37,688 bases of DNA from Thioalkalivibrio sp. (GCA_011046015.1 DSBO01000048.1:1-37688); one strand, 5' to 3'. Shown: positions 19,599-31,329, counted from the first letter of the stretch. The notes: generated by a model not told the origin, from the letters alone. Numbers and translations are program-made.

Positions 19599-19907
19599 AT
19601 GGAAATCCAGACATACGCCACCGTTACCCGCAAGGTCATCGCCGAGGAAGGCTTTGCGCATTTTCATCCCACCGCGTGCTTTCCGGCGCGCCGGCTCATC
19701 AAGGCGCTGGAGGGTGTGCCGCCGGATGCCGAACCCGAGCGCATCGAGGCTGGGGTGCTGTTATGGGCCGAGCGACAGGCCGAGCCCGGCGAGGAATTTC
19801 TGGTTGCCTTCAAGATCGGCCCCACGCAGTTCAAGATCGTGCGCCGCGTGGGCGACCAGGCCGAGTCCGCCGTCTTCAATGCGCAGGACGAAACGCCCGC
19901 TTCCTGA
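19599..19907 (+). CDS. Hypothetical protein (~102 aa)
   Basis: Coding-like composition from ATG 19599 (alternative ATG 19578); ends 18 bp before the VOC gene. Confidence 0.6.
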   Translation: MEIQTYATVTRKVIAEEGFAHFHPTACFPARRLIKALEGVPPDAEPERIEAGVLLWAERQAEPGEEFLVAFKIGPTQFKIVRRVGDQAESAVFNAQDETPAS

Positions 19908-19925
19908 ATCGGAGGGCTTGCCCAC

Positions 19926-20354
19926 ATGAAACCGCGCATCAGTTTCATCACCCTCGGCGTGGATGACCTCGAACGCGCCCTGCGCTTTTACCGCGACGGC
20001 CTCGGTTTGCCCACCGAGGGCATTATTGGCACCGAGTTCGACCACGGCGCCGTCGTTTTCATCGAGCTGCAGCCCGGCCTCAGGCTTGCGCTGTGGCCGC
20101 GCGCGAGCATCGCGCACGAGACCGGTCTGCCGGTGTCGCCGCCCGCGCCGACCGATGGCCTGCTCGCGCACAACGTCGGCTCCCGGGAGGAGGTCGACGC
20201 CGTCCTGGCACAGGCCGAGGCCGCCGGCGCCGTGCTCGTCAAGCCGCCACAGGACACCTTCTGGGGTGGCTACGCGGGCCACTTCCAGGATCCCGATCGG
20301 CACCTCTGGGAGGTGGTCTGGAATCCGGCGTTCGAGTTGACGGACGCGGGATAG
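19926..20354 (+). CDS. VOC/glyoxalase family protein
   Basis: ISFITLGVDDL..A..FY, LAHNV.S.EEVD, KPPQDTFWGGYAGHFQDPDRHLWEV; RBS GGAGG. Confidence 0.9.
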   Translation: MKPRISFITLGVDDLERALRFYRDGLGLPTEGIIGTEFDHGAVVFIELQPGLRLALWPRASIAHETGLPVSPPAPTDGLLAHNVGSREEVDAVLAQAEAAGAVLVKPPQDTFWGGYAGHFQDPDRHLWEVVWNPAFELTDAG

Positions 20355-20461
20355 ACACTCGGCAGGCGGCGGGGCCAAGTCCCTGCGGGCGCTGACGGAT
20401 TTCGCCACGTTCCGTGGATGTGCATTACACTCGATTACGCCCCTTCCGTTCGGAGCCCCGC

Positions 20462-21841
20462 ATGTTTATCAGCGTTCTCGAACTCTTCAAGATAGGCATC
20501 GGCCCGTCGAGCTCGCACACCATGGGGCCGATGGTTGCCGCTCGCCGCTTCGTCCAGCAAGTGCAGCGCCACCAGCTGGGAGGCGATGCCACGCCGGATG
20601 TCGGCATCCGTTGCATCCTCAAGGGTTCGCTCGCCTATACGGGCAAGGGCCACGCCACCGACCGTGCTATCACCCTGGGCCTGCACGGCCACACGCCCGA
20701 GGGCGTGGCCGAGCACGACGTCGATGCCCTGGTGCGCGACATCTGGCAGCGCGACGCGCTCGCCCTGGACGGCGACCGGCAGGTCGGCTTCTCGCCCGAT
20801 CGCGATATCATCTTCGATCGTGGCCAGCCGCTGCCCGAGCACCCCAATGGCATGATCTTCGAACTGGTCACGCCCGCCGGCGAAATCCTGCTCACCGAGA
20901 CGGTGTTCTCCATCGGCGGCGGATTCATCGCCTCGGCCGAGGAGATCGGCCAGCTTGCCGCGCCGCTCAAGTCCTCCGAAGGCGGACAGTGCCCTTTCGG
21001 CTTTGCCACGGCCAGGGCCATGCTCGAGATGGCCGAGGCCACCGGGCTTTCCATCGCGGCCATGAAGCGCGCCAACGAGATGGAGTGTCGTGCGGTGGAG
21101 GCCCTGGATGCGAAACTCGATGCGGTGTGGGGTGCCATGCACAGCTGCGTGGAAAATGGCCTCTCCGCCGAGGGCATCCTGCCCGGCGGGCTCGACATCC
21201 CGCGCCGCGCCCGGCATTTGTTCGACGAACTGCGTGCGCATCCGGAAGGGGTGACGGTCAACGACTGGCTCTGCGCCTACGCCATGGCGGTCAACGAGGA
21301 GAATGCTGCCGGCCACCTGGTGGTCACGGCGCCCACCAACGGCGCCGCCGGCGTGATCCCCGCCGTGCTCTACCACCTGGTCGAACACGAGGGCGGGACG
21401 GCGGAACAGGTGCGCGACTTCCTGCTCACCGCCGCCGCCATCGGCGGCATCATCAAGCACAACAGCTCCATCTCCGGTGCCGAGGTCGGCTGTCAGGGCG
21501 AGGTCGGTTCCGCCGCCGCCATGGCCGCGGCCGGCCTGTGCGCGGCGCGTGGCGGCAGCGCGCCGCAGATCGAGAAGGCCGCCGAGATGGCGCTGGAGCA
21601 TCACCTCGGCATGACCTGCGACCCGGTAAAGGGCCTGGTGCAGGTGCCCTGCATCGAGCGCAACGGCTTCGGTGCGATCAAGGCCTACGCCGCCGCCTCG
21701 TTGGCCCTGCGCGAGACCGGCCAGCACTTCATGCCGCTGGACAACTGCATCGCCGCCATGAAACGCACCGGCCAGGAGATGTCGGCCAAGTACAAGGAGA
21801 CCTCGCTGGGCGGGCTGGCGGTGAGCATCACCGAATGCTGA
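20462..21841 (+). CDS. sdaA: L-serine ammonia-lyase (Fe-S, single chain)
   Basis: ATG 20462; [75 protein letters not shown]. Confidence 0.96.
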   Translation: MFISVLELFKIGIGPSSSHTMGPMVAARRFVQQVQRHQLGGDATPDVGIRCILKGSLAYTGKGHATDRAITLGLHGHTPEGVAEHDVDALVRDIWQRDALALDGDRQVGFSPDRDIIFDRGQPLPEHPNGMIFELVTPAGEILLTETVFSIGGGFIASAEEIGQLAAPLKSSEGGQCPFGFATARAMLEMAEATGLSIAAMKRANEMECRAVEALDAKLDAVWGAMHSCVENGLSAEGILPGGLDIPRRARHLFDELRAHPEGVTVNDWLCAYAMAVNEENAAGHLVVTAPTNGAAGVIPAVLYHLVEHEGGTAEQVRDFLLTAAAIGGIIKHNSSISGAEVGCQGEVGSAAAMAAAGLCAARGGSAPQIEKAAEMALEHHLGMTCDPVKGLVQVPCIERNGFGAIKAYAAASLALRETGQHFMPLDNCIAAMKRTGQEMSAKYKETSLGGLAVSITEC

Positions 21842-21849
21842 GGCATCAT

Positions 21850-21962
21850 CCGTAAGCGCCGCAAGGCGCGATCAGGGGGTGGCGCTTAGCGAGAGAGGCG
21901 TGAGGCATGAGGCGCGATGATGTCTGATCCACGACAGGTCGCGCCTTGCGGCGCTCCTACGG
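21850..21962. repeat. GTAG-family REP doublet (REPIN-like)
   Basis: Right copy (reverse strand) CCGTAGGAGCGCCGCAAGGCGCGA; left copy CCGTA--AGCGCCGCAAGGCGCGA; perfect 17-bp inverted core 21855-21871 / 21939-21955. Confidence 0.8.
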
Positions 21963-22019
21963 TGCATCGCTGTGCTCCCTGTGGCAGATTGTGATTTTCC
22001 GAAAAATTATCGACCAGCC

Positions 22020-22682
22020 ATGCAACGCATTCCCGAACCCGAGCTCATGCTCGATCCCGAACAGGCGATCGCCTACGCGCAGGCGGATTTCGAGGCGCCG
22101 CACAACCGGTTCATCGCGCTGTTTCGCGAACGCTTCCCCGAACCGGTGACGGGCGACGTGCTGGACCTCGGCTGCGGGCCGGGCGATATCGCCGTGCGTT
22201 TCGCCCGGGCCTTTCCCGGGACCTTCGTCGACGGCGTGGACGGGGCGGCGGCGATGCTGGACGCCGGGCGCGAACAGGTCGCGGCCTCGGGTGTGGCACA
22301 CCGGCTGAACCTGGTACAGGCCTGCCTGCCGCAGGACCCGGCACCCAAGCCGGCCTATCCCACCATCATCTCCAACAGCCTGCTGCATCACCTGCACGCC
22401 CCATCCGTGATGTGGGAGGCGGTGAAGCGGCATGCCGCGCCTGGGGCGCGGGTATTCGTGATGGACCTGATGCGGCCGGCCAGCCCGGCCGAGGCGGCGC
22501 GGCTGGTGGCGTTCTATGCGCAGGACGAACCCGAGGTGTTGCGGCGCGATTTCTACCACTCGCTGTGCGCGGCCTTCACGCCCGCGGAGGTGCAGGGGCA
22601 GCTGGCCGAGGCCGGGCTGGCCGGGCTCACGGTCGAGGCCGTGAGCGACCGGCATCTCATCGTTTACGGGGTACTGTCCTGA
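22020..22682 (+). CDS. Class I SAM-dependent methyltransferase
   Basis: ATG 22020 ([10 protein letters not shown]); LDLGCGPGD motif [20 protein letters not shown]. Confidence 0.88.
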   Translation: MQRIPEPELMLDPEQAIAYAQADFEAPHNRFIALFRERFPEPVTGDVLDLGCGPGDIAVRFARAFPGTFVDGVDGAAAMLDAGREQVAASGVAHRLNLVQACLPQDPAPKPAYPTIISNSLLHHLHAPSVMWEAVKRHAAPGARVFVMDLMRPASPAEAARLVAFYAQDEPEVLRRDFYHSLCAAFTPAEVQGQLAEAGLAGLTVEAVSDRHLIVYGVLS

Positions 22683-24348
22683 CGCCGCGTTGCCCATCGA
22701 GGGCGGCGATGAGCATGGCGAGGATGCCGGCCGCACCCAGCGCCCAGGAAAACACCGGGGCGCCGCCTACCGTGGGCATGTCGGACAGGCCGAGGGTGAG
22801 GAAGCCGCCGAGCGCCAGGGCGGCGCCGGCGATGACGGCGATGCTGCGGCGGTTGGCACGGCTGATCTCCCCGCGCAGCTGTTCGAGCTGTTCGCTCTGC
22901 CATTGCAACTGCAGTTCGCCGTTGTTGGTGCGCGTGATGAGCTCGTGCACTTGGTCCGGCATGGAGGGCAGCTGTTCGAGGAACTTCGGCAGGTGTTTCT
23001 TCACGCCACCGATGAGCGCGCGCACGCCGACCTGTTCGTCCATCCAGCGTTCGAGGAAGGGCTTGGCGGTCTTCCACAGGTCGAGATCGGGGTAGAGCTG
23101 GCGGCCGAGGCCCTCGATGTTGAGCAGGGTCTTTTGCAGCAGCACGAGCTGCGGCTGTACCTCCATGTGGAAGCGGCGCGCGGTCTGGAACAGGCGCAGC
23201 AGCAGCTGGCCGAAGGAGATGTCCCTGAGCGGGCGCTGGAAGATTGGTTCGCAGACGGTGCGTATCGCGCTCTCGAACTCGTCCACCCGCGTGTCGGCCG
23301 GCACCCAGCCGGACTCGACGTGCAGTTCAGCGACGCGGCGGTAGTCGCGGTTGAAAAAGGCGTGAAAGTTCTCGGCCAGGTAGCGCTTGTCCTCCGGCGC
23401 GAGCGTGCCGACGATGCCGAAGTCCACCGCCAGGTAGCGCGGATTGTCGGTCTCGTCGTGGGCAACGAAGATGTTGCCCGGGTGCATGTCGGCGTGGAAG
23501 AAGTTGTGACGAAACACCTGGGTGAAGAAGATCTCCACGCCGCGCTCGGCCAGTTTCTTCAGGTTCACGCCGCGCGCGACCAGGGTGTCGATGTCGCTGA
23601 TCGGCGTGCCGTGGATCCGCTCCATCACCATCACGCGCGGCGTGCTGTACTCCCAGTAGATCTCGGGGATGTACAACTTCGACGAGCCTTCGAAGTTGCG
23701 GCGCAGCTGCGAGGCGTTGGCCGCCTCGCGCACCAGGTCGAGCTCGTCGAAGATGGTCTTCTCGTATTCGCGCACCACCTCCACCGGCCGCAGGCGCCGG
23801 CCTTCGGGCCAGTAGCGCTCGGCCAGCTCGGCGCCGATGTAGAGCAGATCCACGTCGCGGCGGATCACCGTCTTGATGTTCGGCCGCACTACCTTCACCA
23901 CCACGTCGGTGCCGTCCTTGAGCGTGGCGGCGTGCACCTGGGCGATGGAGGCCGAGGCCAGTGGCGTCTCGTCGAAGTGGGCGAAGACCTCGCTGGCCGG
24001 GCGGCCGTAGGCCTTTTCGATCCGCGCGCGCACGTCCTCGATGGGGAAGGGTGGCACCGCGTCCTGCAGGCGCGTGAGCTCGACGGCGATGTCGTCCGGC
24101 AGCAGGTCGCGGCGGGTGGAGAGCATCTGCCCGAACTTCACGAACACGGGGCCGAGGTCTTCCAGCGCACGGCGGATGCGTTCGCCGCGCGGGGCGCGCT
24201 TGCGGCGGAACCAGTTCCACGGCAGCAGGAACAGCAGCCAGCGCACCGGCCGGAACAGGTGGATGGCGAACACCACCTCGTCCAGGCCGTGGCGGACCAG
24301 CACGAAGTTGATGTAGAGCAGTCGCAGCAGCTGTGCCGGTCGGATCAT
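22657..24348 (-). CDS. ubiB: Ubiquinone biosynthesis atypical kinase UbiB
   Basis: [56 protein letters not shown]; C-terminal TM helices. Confidence 0.97.
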   Translation of the reverse strand: MIRPAQLLRLLYINFVLVRHGLDEVVFAIHLFRPVRWLLFLLPWNWFRRKRAPRGERIRRALEDLGPVFVKFGQMLSTRRDLLPDDIAVELTRLQDAVPPFPIEDVRARIEKAYGRPASEVFAHFDETPLASASIAQVHAATLKDGTDVVVKVVRPNIKTVIRRDVDLLYIGAELAERYWPEGRRLRPVEVVREYEKTIFDELDLVREAANASQLRRNFEGSSKLYIPEIYWEYSTPRVMVMERIHGTPISDIDTLVARGVNLKKLAERGVEIFFTQVFRHNFFHADMHPGNIFVAHDETDNPRYLAVDFGIVGTLAPEDKRYLAENFHAFFNRDYRRVAELHVESGWVPADTRVDEFESAIRTVCEPIFQRPLRDISFGQLLLRLFQTARRFHMEVQPQLVLLQKTLLNIEGLGRQLYPDLDLWKTAKPFLERWMDEQVGVRALIGGVKKHLPKFLEQLPSMPDQVHELITRTNNGELQLQWQSEQLEQLRGEISRANRRSIAVIAGAALALGGFLTLGLSDMPTVGGAPVFSWALGAAGILAMLIAALDGQRGVRTVPRKR

Positions 24349-24365
24349 GTGATAGGGGCCGTGGG

Positions 24366-24992
24366 TTACTGTTGGTCCGGGTCGCCGAGGCCACGGGCGG
24401 CGCGCGCCACACGCGCGGCCAGGCGTTCGACCCCGTCGCGCAGGTCGTCCACGCCGTTGGCGAAGTCCTCGATCTCGTAGCGCGTGGGCAGGTCGCGGGA
24501 TTCTTCCTGCAGGTACTCGGTGACGTCCATGCGCAGCGCACCGGCCGACCGCCTGGCCCAGCCGCCGAGGCCGCGCAGCGCGTTGCCGATCTGGTGCGCG
24601 GCGATGTCGCCCACGGCCTTGGAGAGCAGCTCCTCCCAGTCGAGTTCGACGGATGCCAGCGCCTCGCGGAACACGCGCCCGGCGTGGGTGTTGCCGTCGA
24701 TACTCACGTCACCCGACAGCACCACGCGGTTGGGGTCCTCCGCGAGCGAGAGGCGCGCCAGCGCCATGGGCGTACCGCGAATCACCGTGTCGGGGCGGTC
24801 GCCGTAGCGTCCCAGCACCTGCAGGCCGGTCGCGCCCGGCACGAAGTAGAGCGTCAGATCCAGTCCGGTGATCTCCAGCGCGACGACCTTTCCCTCGATC
24901 TCGGCGAGCCGCGCACGGGCCCGTTCGTCGAGCGCGAAGTAGCCGTTCAGGGCGTTCTCGATCACGGCGGTGAGGAGGACGGGGGCGTCCAT
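24366..24992 (-). CDS. ubiJ: Ubiquinone biosynthesis accessory factor UbiJ (SCP2 domain)
   Basis: ATG 24992; SCP2-like region, DWEELLS..VGD..AH, EYLQEE, DDLRD.VERL.AR; between ubiE and ubiB. Confidence 0.9.
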   Translation of the reverse strand: MDAPVLLTAVIENALNGYFALDERARARLAEIEGKVVALEITGLDLTLYFVPGATGLQVLGRYGDRPDTVIRGTPMALARLSLAEDPNRVVLSGDVSIDGNTHAGRVFREALASVELDWEELLSKAVGDIAAHQIGNALRGLGGWARRSAGALRMDVTEYLQEESRDLPTRYEIEDFANGVDDLRDGVERLAARVARAARGLGDPDQQ

Positions 24993-24994
24993 GA

Positions 24995-25744
24995 CTAGAG
25001 CCTGTAGCCCGAGTGCAGGGCGACGATGCCGCCGGTGAGGTTGAAGTACTCGCAGCGCTCGAAGCCGGCCTCCTGCATCATGGCCTTGAGCGTCTCCTGG
25101 TCCGGGTGCATGCGGATGGACTCGGCGAGGTAGCGGTAGCTCTCGGCGTCGTTGGCCACCAGCTTGCCCATGAACGGCAGCAGCCGGAAGGAGTAGAGGT
25201 CGTACACCGGCGAGAGGCCGGGGGCCACGGGTTTGGAGAACTCCAGTACCAGCAGGCGGCCGCCGGGCTTGAGCACGCGGTACATGGAGCGCAGTGCGGC
25301 GTCCTTGTCCGTGACGTTGCGCAGGCCGAAGGCGATGGTGATGAGGTCGAAGTGATTGTCCGGGAACGGCAGCGCCTCGGCATTGGCCTGCACGTACTCG
25401 ATGTTGCCGGCCACGCCCTCGTCGGTGAGCCGCTCGCGGCCGCGCGCCAGCATGGAGGCGTTGATGTCGGACAGCACCACCTGCCCGTCCGGGCCCACCA
25501 GGCGTGAGAAGCGCAGGGCCAGGTCGCCGGTGCCGCCGGCCAGGTCCAGCACGCGCTGGCCCTTCTTCACGGCCGCCTGCTCGATGGTGAAGCGTTTCCA
25601 AAGGCGGTGGATGCCCATGGACATGAGGTCGTTCATCACGTCGTACTTGTCGGCGACGGAATGGAAGACGCCAGCGACCTTGCGCGCCTTTTCCTCGATC
25701 GGGACTTCCTGGTACCCGAAGTGGGTCGTCTTCTTCTCGCTCAT
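24995..25744 (-). CDS. ubiE: Ubiquinone/menaquinone C-methyltransferase
   Basis: [57 protein letters not shown]. Confidence 0.98.
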   Translation of the reverse strand: MSEKKTTHFGYQEVPIEEKARKVAGVFHSVADKYDVMNDLMSMGIHRLWKRFTIEQAAVKKGQRVLDLAGGTGDLALRFSRLVGPDGQVVLSDINASMLARGRERLTDEGVAGNIEYVQANAEALPFPDNHFDLITIAFGLRNVTDKDAALRSMYRVLKPGGRLLVLEFSKPVAPGLSPVYDLYSFRLLPFMGKLVANDAESYRYLAESIRMHPDQETLKAMMQEAGFERCEYFNLTGGIVALHSGYRL

Positions 25745-25776
25745 GTGCGCGGACCTTGTGCGTTGCGGTGTGGTGT

Positions 25777-26136
25777 TCAGTCGGCCGGCTTGCGCTGGTA
25801 ACCAGCCTCTGCCAGGCGCTCGAGGTAGTTCTGCCAGTAGGCGTCGTGGTTCAGGCCGAGGTCGTAGAGGTAGTTCCAGTCGTAGATGCCGGTGTCGTGA
25901 CCGTCGGAGAACACGAACTTGACGGCATAGTTGCCGATCGGCTCGATCCCGGTGATGTTCACGTCTTCCTTGCCGGTCTGCAACACGTCCTGGCCCGGGC
26001 CGTGGCCGCGTACCTCCGCGGACGGTGAGTAGACGCGCAGGTATTCGGAGGGCAGCTTGAAGCGCGTGCCGTCTTCGTAGGCGAGTTCCAGGATGCGGGA
26101 CTTCTGGTGCAGGTGGATCTCGGTCGGGCGTGTCAT
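25777..26136 (-). CDS. DUF971 family protein
   Basis: [21 protein letters not shown]...[13 protein letters not shown]. Confidence 0.9.
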   Translation of the reverse strand: MTRPTEIHLHQKSRILELAYEDGTRFKLPSEYLRVYSPSAEVRGHGPGQDVLQTGKEDVNITGIEPIGNYAVKFVFSDGHDTGIYDWNYLYDLGLNHDAYWQNYLERLAEAGYQRKPAD

Positions 26137-26155
26137 GTCACTCTCCGCTGGGCGT

Positions 26156-26770
26156 TCAGGCGCGTTTCTCGAACCGGCAGTATACGAAAGCCTGCTCGAT
26201 GCCGGCAGGCGTGCTGTGCATTTCGCGCCGTGTTTCGATCAATGTGTAGTTCGGGCCGAGGATGGCGGCCAGGGTTTGTTCGTCGTACTGCCGCACGGGC
26301 AGGCCGCTGCATTTGTCTGGCCCGTCCGGGGCGAAGGCGGCGATGATGGCCTGGCCACCGACCTTGAGAAAGCGGCCCAGGCGCTCGAGATAGGCCTCGC
26401 GGTCGGCGTCTTCCATGAGGAAGTGGAACACGGCGCGATCGTGCCAGATGTCGTATTGTCTGGGTAGCTCGACCTCGGTGGCGTCGGCCGTAATCCAGTT
26501 GATGCGCTCGGCGCGTTCGCCCAGGCGGGCGCGGGCCTGGGCCAGCGCGGCCTCGGCGATGTCCACTACGGTCACGTCGACGAAGCCCGCCGCCACCAGG
26601 TCGTCCACCAGGCGCGAGGCGCCAGCCCCCATGTCGATGACCGCCGCGTTGGGGATGCCGGCGGCGGCGATCAGGTCCAGCGAGATGCCGGCGCGGGGCT
26701 GGAACCAGGCCAGCTCGTGGGCGGCCTTGCCGCGGTACACGTCTTCCCAGTGTGTCTTGCGGTCGCTCAT
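26156..26770 (-). CDS. Class I SAM-dependent methyltransferase
   Basis: HWEDVY, IDMGAGASRLVD, WHDRAVFHFL, GPDKCSGLPV, H.TP.G..Q.F. Confidence 0.88.
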   Translation of the reverse strand: MSDRKTHWEDVYRGKAAHELAWFQPRAGISLDLIAAAGIPNAAVIDMGAGASRLVDDLVAAGFVDVTVVDIAEAALAQARARLGERAERINWITADATEVELPRQYDIWHDRAVFHFLMEDADREAYLERLGRFLKVGGQAIIAAFAPDGPDKCSGLPVRQYDEQTLAAILGPNYTLIETRREMHSTPAGIEQAFVYCRFEKRA

Positions 26771-26783
26771 CGTCAACCCGTCC

Positions 26784-28115
26784 CTAGAGTATGTAGCGGC
26801 TCAGGTCCTCGTCCTGCACCAGCTCGCCGAGGTAGCGGTCCACGTAGGCCGCGTCCACGGTGACCGACTTCGCCCCGTCCGGCGCCTCGAAGGAGACGGT
26901 CTCGAGCAGGCGCTCCATCACCGTGTGCAGGCGGCGCGCGCCGATGTTCTCGGTACGGGCGTTGACCTCGAAGGCCACCTCGGCGATGCGTTTCACGCCG
27001 TCGGCGGTGAAGTCCACTGTCACGCCCTCGGTGCGCAGCAGCTCCCGGTACTGCTCGCTGAGGCTCGCGCTGGGCTCGGTGAGGATGCGCACGAAATCCT
27101 CGGCGGAGAGTGCGTCCAGTTCCACGCGGATGGGCAGGCGGCCCTGCAGCTCGGGGATCATGTCCGAGGGCTTGGACAGGTGAAACGCGCCGGAAGCGAT
27201 GAACAGGATGTGGTCGGTGCGCACCATGCCGTACTTGGTGTTGATGGTGCAGCCCTCGATCAGCGGCAGCAGGTCGCGTTGCACGCCCTCGCGCGAGACG
27301 TCCGCTCCGCCGGTCTCGCCGCGCTTGGCCACCTTGTCGATCTCGTCGATGAAGACGATGCCGTTCTGCTCGACCATGGCCAGCGCGCGCGCCTTGAGTT
27401 CCTCCTCGTTGATCATCTTGTACGCCTCCTCGTCCGTGAGGACCTTCATGGCGTCTTTGATCTTCATCTTGCGCGTCTGCTTGCGCCCGCCGCCCAGGTT
27501 CTGGAACAGGCCTTGCAACTGACTGGCCATCTCCTCCATCCCGGGCGGGGTCATGATCTCCACGCCCGCCGGCGAGGCGCTGACCTCGATCTCGATCTCG
27601 CGGTCGTCGAGCTCGCCCTCGCGCAGTTTCTTGCGGAATTTCTGGCGCGTGCCGGAGTCCTCGGTCGGCGCCGGCTCGTTGAGGAAGCCGGGGTTGCGCG
27701 GCTGCGGCAGCAGGGCGTCGAGGATGCGCTCCTCGGCGGCATCCTCGGCGCGGTGGCGCAGGCGGGAGGCCTCCTGCTCACGCATCTGCTTGATGGCCAC
27801 GTCCACCAGGTCGCGGATGATGGAGTCCACCTCGCGGCCGACGTAACCGACTTCGGTGAACTTGGTTGCCTCCACCTTGATGAACGGGGCGTTGGCCAGG
27901 CGCGCCAGGCGGCGGGCGATCTCGGTCTTGCCCACCCCGGTGGGGCCGATCATGAGGATGTTCTTGGGCGTGACTTCCTGGCGCAGCGCCTCGGGCAGCT
28001 GCTGCCGGCGCCAGCGGTTACGCAGGGCGATGGCGACGGCGCGCTTGGCGTCCTGCTGGCCGACGATGTGCTTGTCCAGTTCCTGGACGATTTCCCGCGG
28101 AGTCATCTCGGTCAT
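26784..28115 (-). CDS. hslU: ATP-dependent protease ATPase subunit HslU
   Basis: [50 protein letters not shown]. Confidence 0.98.
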   Translation of the reverse strand: MTEMTPREIVQELDKHIVGQQDAKRAVAIALRNRWRRQQLPEALRQEVTPKNILMIGPTGVGKTEIARRLARLANAPFIKVEATKFTEVGYVGREVDSIIRDLVDVAIKQMREQEASRLRHRAEDAAEERILDALLPQPRNPGFLNEPAPTEDSGTRQKFRKKLREGELDDREIEIEVSASPAGVEIMTPPGMEEMASQLQGLFQNLGGGRKQTRKMKIKDAMKVLTDEEAYKMINEEELKARALAMVEQNGIVFIDEIDKVAKRGETGGADVSREGVQRDLLPLIEGCTINTKYGMVRTDHILFIASGAFHLSKPSDMIPELQGRLPIRVELDALSAEDFVRILTEPSASLSEQYRELLRTEGVTVDFTADGVKRIAEVAFEVNARTENIGARRLHTVMERLLETVSFEAPDGAKSVTVDAAYVDRYLGELVQDEDLSRYIL

Positions 28116-28174
28116 GGGATAGACGGTCTCTGTGTCGCTTGAAGAAGGGGTAACCCTGAGAGTTGCGGGTGACC

Positions 28175-28708
28175 CTAGAGTTCTTCAATGGTCAGGTTGT
28201 GATTCGTGTAGATGCAGATGTCGGCCGCGATGTTCAGGCCCTTCTCCACGATCTCGCGGGCGGAGAGCTCGGTGTTCTCCAGCAGGGCGCGCGCGGCCGA
28301 CTGCGCGTAGGGGCCGCCGGAGCCGATGGCGATGAGGCTCTCCTCGGGTTCGATCACGTCGCCGTTGCCGGAGATGATGAGCGAGGCGGTGTCGTCGGCC
28401 ACGGCCAGCAGGGCCTCCAGGCGGCGCAGCATGCGGTCGGTGCGCCAGTCCTTGGCCAGTTCCACGGCGGCGCGGGTGAGGTTGCCCCCGTGCTCCTGCA
28501 GCTTGGCCTCGAAGCGCTCGAACAGGGTGAAGGCGTCGGCCGTGCCGCCGGCGAAGCCCGCGATCACACGGTCATCATACAGTCGCCGAACCTTGCGCGC
28601 GTTGCCCTTCATGATGGTGTTGCCCAGCGAGACCTGACCGTCGCCGCCGATCACGACCTTGCCGTTGCGGCGGACGGACAGGATGGTGGTGCCTCGGTAC
28701 TGTTCCAC
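28175..28708 (-). CDS. hslV: ATP-dependent protease peptidase subunit HslV
   Basis: GTG 28708; TTILSVRR (catalytic Thr), [27 protein letters not shown]. Confidence 0.97.
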   Translation of the reverse strand: MEQYRGTTILSVRRNGKVVIGGDGQVSLGNTIMKGNARKVRRLYDDRVIAGFAGGTADAFTLFERFEAKLQEHGGNLTRAAVELAKDWRTDRMLRRLEALLAVADDTASLIISGNGDVIEPEESLIAIGSGGPYAQSAARALLENTELSAREIVEKGLNIAADICIYTNHNLTIEEL

Positions 28709-28783
28709 GCGGGGTCTCCGAAGATTCAGGGGTCGGACATTGTACACCAGGGGCCGGCCGGCTTCCCCTCGGCGGGCGGCGGG

Positions 28784-29704
28784 TTATTCGCTGCCGCGCC
28801 GCTTGCGGGCCCGCGGGTGGGCCGCGTCGTAGACCTTCGCCAGGTGCTGGAAGTCCAGGTGGGTGTAGATCTGGGTGGTACCGATGTCGGCGTGGCCGAG
28901 CAGCTCCTGCACGGCGCGCAGGTCGCCCGAGGACTCGAGCAGGTGGCTGGCGAAGGAGTGGCGCAGCATGTGCGGGTGAACGCCGCGCTCCAGGCCCGCG
29001 GTGATGCCGTGTTCACGGAAGCGCTTTTGCACGGCGCGTGGCGAGAGGCGGCCGCCGCGCTGGGTGACGAACAGGGCCGGTTCGTCGGGCGCGGCCAGGC
29101 CTGGCCGCGCCCGCAACCAGTCGGTCAGGGCGCGCAGGGCGTGACGCCCCACGGGCAGGTCGCGTTGCTTGCTGCCCTTGCCGGTCACGCGCAGCAGGGC
29201 ATCACTGCGGTCCACGTCGTCCAGGTTCAGCCCCACCAGTTCGGCCAGGCGCAGGCCGGAGGAATACATCAGCTCCAGCATGGCGGCGTCCCGCAACGCC
29301 AGCGGGTCGTCGCCCGCGGGCTGCAGCAGCCGGTTCATCTCGTCCACGTCCAGGGCCTTGGGCAGCCGGCGGGGCGATTTCGGGGCGGGGATGTCGAGCG
29401 CGGGATTGGCCGTGGCCAGTCCCTCGCGCACCAGGTAGTGGTAGAAGCGGCGCACGGCCGAGAGCTGGCGCCTGAGGCTGCGCCCGCCGAGGCCCTGGCG
29501 GTGCAGCTCGGCGACGAAGCGGCGCAGGTGGTGGCCGGTGAGCCGTGTCCAGTCGCCGATGGCCTCGCGCTCGCACCAGGCGACCAGGCGATCGAGGTCG
29601 TGGGTGTAGCCCTTGAGGGTGTGTGGCGAGTAGCGCTTCTCTTCCCGCAGGTGGCGGATAAAGGCCTCGAGCGGGGCGTGCGAGGGGGTATTCACGGCAG
29701 GCAC
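28784..29704 (-). CDS. xerC: Tyrosine recombinase XerC
   Basis: S.HT...[57 protein letters not shown]; dapF-DUF484-xerC synteny. Confidence 0.96.
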   Translation of the reverse strand: MPAVNTPSHAPLEAFIRHLREEKRYSPHTLKGYTHDLDRLVAWCEREAIGDWTRLTGHHLRRFVAELHRQGLGGRSLRRQLSAVRRFYHYLVREGLATANPALDIPAPKSPRRLPKALDVDEMNRLLQPAGDDPLALRDAAMLELMYSSGLRLAELVGLNLDDVDRSDALLRVTGKGSKQRDLPVGRHALRALTDWLRARPGLAAPDEPALFVTQRGGRLSPRAVQKRFREHGITAGLERGVHPHMLRHSFASHLLESSGDLRAVQELLGHADIGTTQIYTHLDFQHLAKVYDAAHPRARKRRGSE

Positions 29705-29715
29705 CGCACCGGGGC

Positions 29716-30417
29716 TCAGGCGCCCCGGCCGCCCTGCACGGCGGCGGAGACCAGCTCGCCAAGGTAGCCCAGGAACAGCGTACCCATGCCAGGATGAAAG
29801 CGTGCCTCCTCGCGGCTGCCCAGGCCGAGTACGCCGAGGCGCCCGGCATTGAACAGCGGCACGGCCACGGCCGAGGCGACCTCGTCGGCATGTTCGTCGA
29901 AGAGGAAGGCCAGCTGGTGCTTGTCCAGACGCCCGCAGGCTGGTCGCCTGGACTCGAACAGTTCCTCGAAGGCGGCCAGCCCGGCATGGTCGGGTGGGAC
30001 ATGGTGCGGCGAGTCGGCCGCTTCCTGCTCACTGACGAGTCGCACCACCACGTGGTCGGCCTTGAACTCCGAGCGCAGCAGCTCCTGGGTGGTGGCGAGC
30101 ACGCCGTCAAGGCCGTCGGCCTCCATCAGGGCCAGTGCCAGCCGGTGCAGGCGGCTGCTCAGGTGCTCGTTGTCGCGCGCCACCTGCACCAGATCCATGA
30201 GCTTGCGCTCGAGCTGGCGGTTCTTCTCGCGCAGCAGGCCCACTTGGCGCTCCACCAGCGATACCGCGCCACCACCCACCTGATGGGGCAGGTGCATGAG
30301 CGCCAGCAGTCCGGTGTGGCGGTCGAAAAAATCCGGGTGGGCCTTCAGGTAGTCTTCCACGGCCTCGTCGGAGAGGGTCGGTGCCGCGCTGTCTCGCTCG
30401 GTCTGGGTGGTGGTCAT
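29716..30417 (-). CDS. DUF484 (YigA-like) GAF-fold protein
   Basis: [21 protein letters not shown]....[10 protein letters not shown]; between dapF and xerC. Confidence 0.92.
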   Translation of the reverse strand: MTTTQTERDSAAPTLSDEAVEDYLKAHPDFFDRHTGLLALMHLPHQVGGGAVSLVERQVGLLREKNRQLERKLMDLVQVARDNEHLSSRLHRLALALMEADGLDGVLATTQELLRSEFKADHVVVRLVSEQEAADSPHHVPPDHAGLAAFEELFESRRPACGRLDKHQLAFLFDEHADEVASAVAVPLFNAGRLGVLGLGSREEARFHPGMGTLFLGYLGELVSAAVQGGRGA

Positions 30418-31244
30418 AAATCGATGGTCCCCTCGAATACTCGTTCCGCCGGGCCGGTCATGAGCACCGGCGAGTCGTCCCCCGGCCAGCTTATCATAAG
30501 ACGCCCACCCGGCAGGTCCACGGCCACCAGCTCGTCGAGCAGTCCCTGGATGCGCCCGGCCACCACCGCCGCGCAGGCGCCAGTGCCGCAGGCCAGGGTC
30601 TCGCCCGCGCCGCGTTCGTAGACGCGCAGGCGGATGTGGTTGCGGTCCACCACCTGCATGAAACCGACGTTTACGTGATTCGGGAATCGCGGATGGGCCT
30701 CGATCGCGGGTCCGAGGCGCGCCACCGGTGCGGTCTGGACATTGTCTACGCGCAGCACGGCATGCGGGTTGCCCATGGAAACCGCGCCGATCTCCACGGT
30801 CTCGCCGTCCACGTCCAGCAGGTAGGCGGTGTTTACCACCCCGGCCTCGAAGGGGATGTCGGCCGGGTTCAGCCGCGGCGGGCCCATGTCCACGGTCACC
30901 TGACCGTCAGGCTGCACCTTGAGCAGAATACGCCCGCCGCTGGTGAGCACCGGGATCTCCGTCTTGTCGGTCAGTCCGCGGTCGCGCACGAAGCGCGCGA
31001 AGCAGCGCGCGCCATTGCCGCACTGTTCCACCTCGTTACCGTCGGCATTGAAAATACGGTAGCGGAAGTCGGCATCGGCCACCGGCGAGCGCTCCACCAG
31101 CAGCACCTGGTCGCAACCCACGCCGAGGCGCCGGTTGGCGAGAAAGCGCACGCGCTCTGGCGTCAGGTCGACGGCCTGGCTGATGGCATCGATCACGACG
31201 AAGTCGTTGCCAAGGCCGTGCATCTTGGTGAACTGGAGTTTCAT
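30414..31244 (-). CDS. dapF: Diaminopimelate epimerase
   Basis: ATG 31244; [42 protein letters not shown]. Confidence 0.98.
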   Translation of the reverse strand: MKLQFTKMHGLGNDFVVIDAISQAVDLTPERVRFLANRRLGVGCDQVLLVERSPVADADFRYRIFNADGNEVEQCGNGARCFARFVRDRGLTDKTEIPVLTSGGRILLKVQPDGQVTVDMGPPRLNPADIPFEAGVVNTAYLLDVDGETVEIGAVSMGNPHAVLRVDNVQTAPVARLGPAIEAHPRFPNHVNVGFMQVVDRNHIRLRVYERGAGETLACGTGACAAVVAGRIQGLLDELVAVDLPGGRLMISWPGDDSPVLMTGPAERVFEGTIDL

Positions 31245-31329
31245 ATGACTGCGGAGCATACCGCTAACCGCCCGATTTTCCACCTGTTTTTATTGTTATA
31301 GCCCTATCTAGGACGGGTATATCAAAGAA

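Noticed and set aside
24366-25601. 411-aa ORF suggesting an extended or fused UbiJ
   Set aside because: The upstream part is an alternate frame of ubiE; UbiJ begins at ATG 24992.
28148-28175. GGGT(A/G)ACCC pair between hslV and hslU
   Set aside because: Only a short imperfect hairpin with no U tract or other copies seen; no function can be supported.
28784-29704. Tyrosine recombinase as a phage or island integrase
   Set aside because: Sequence and dapF-DUF484 context are those of housekeeping XerC; I saw no att or dif site and no cargo genes nearby.
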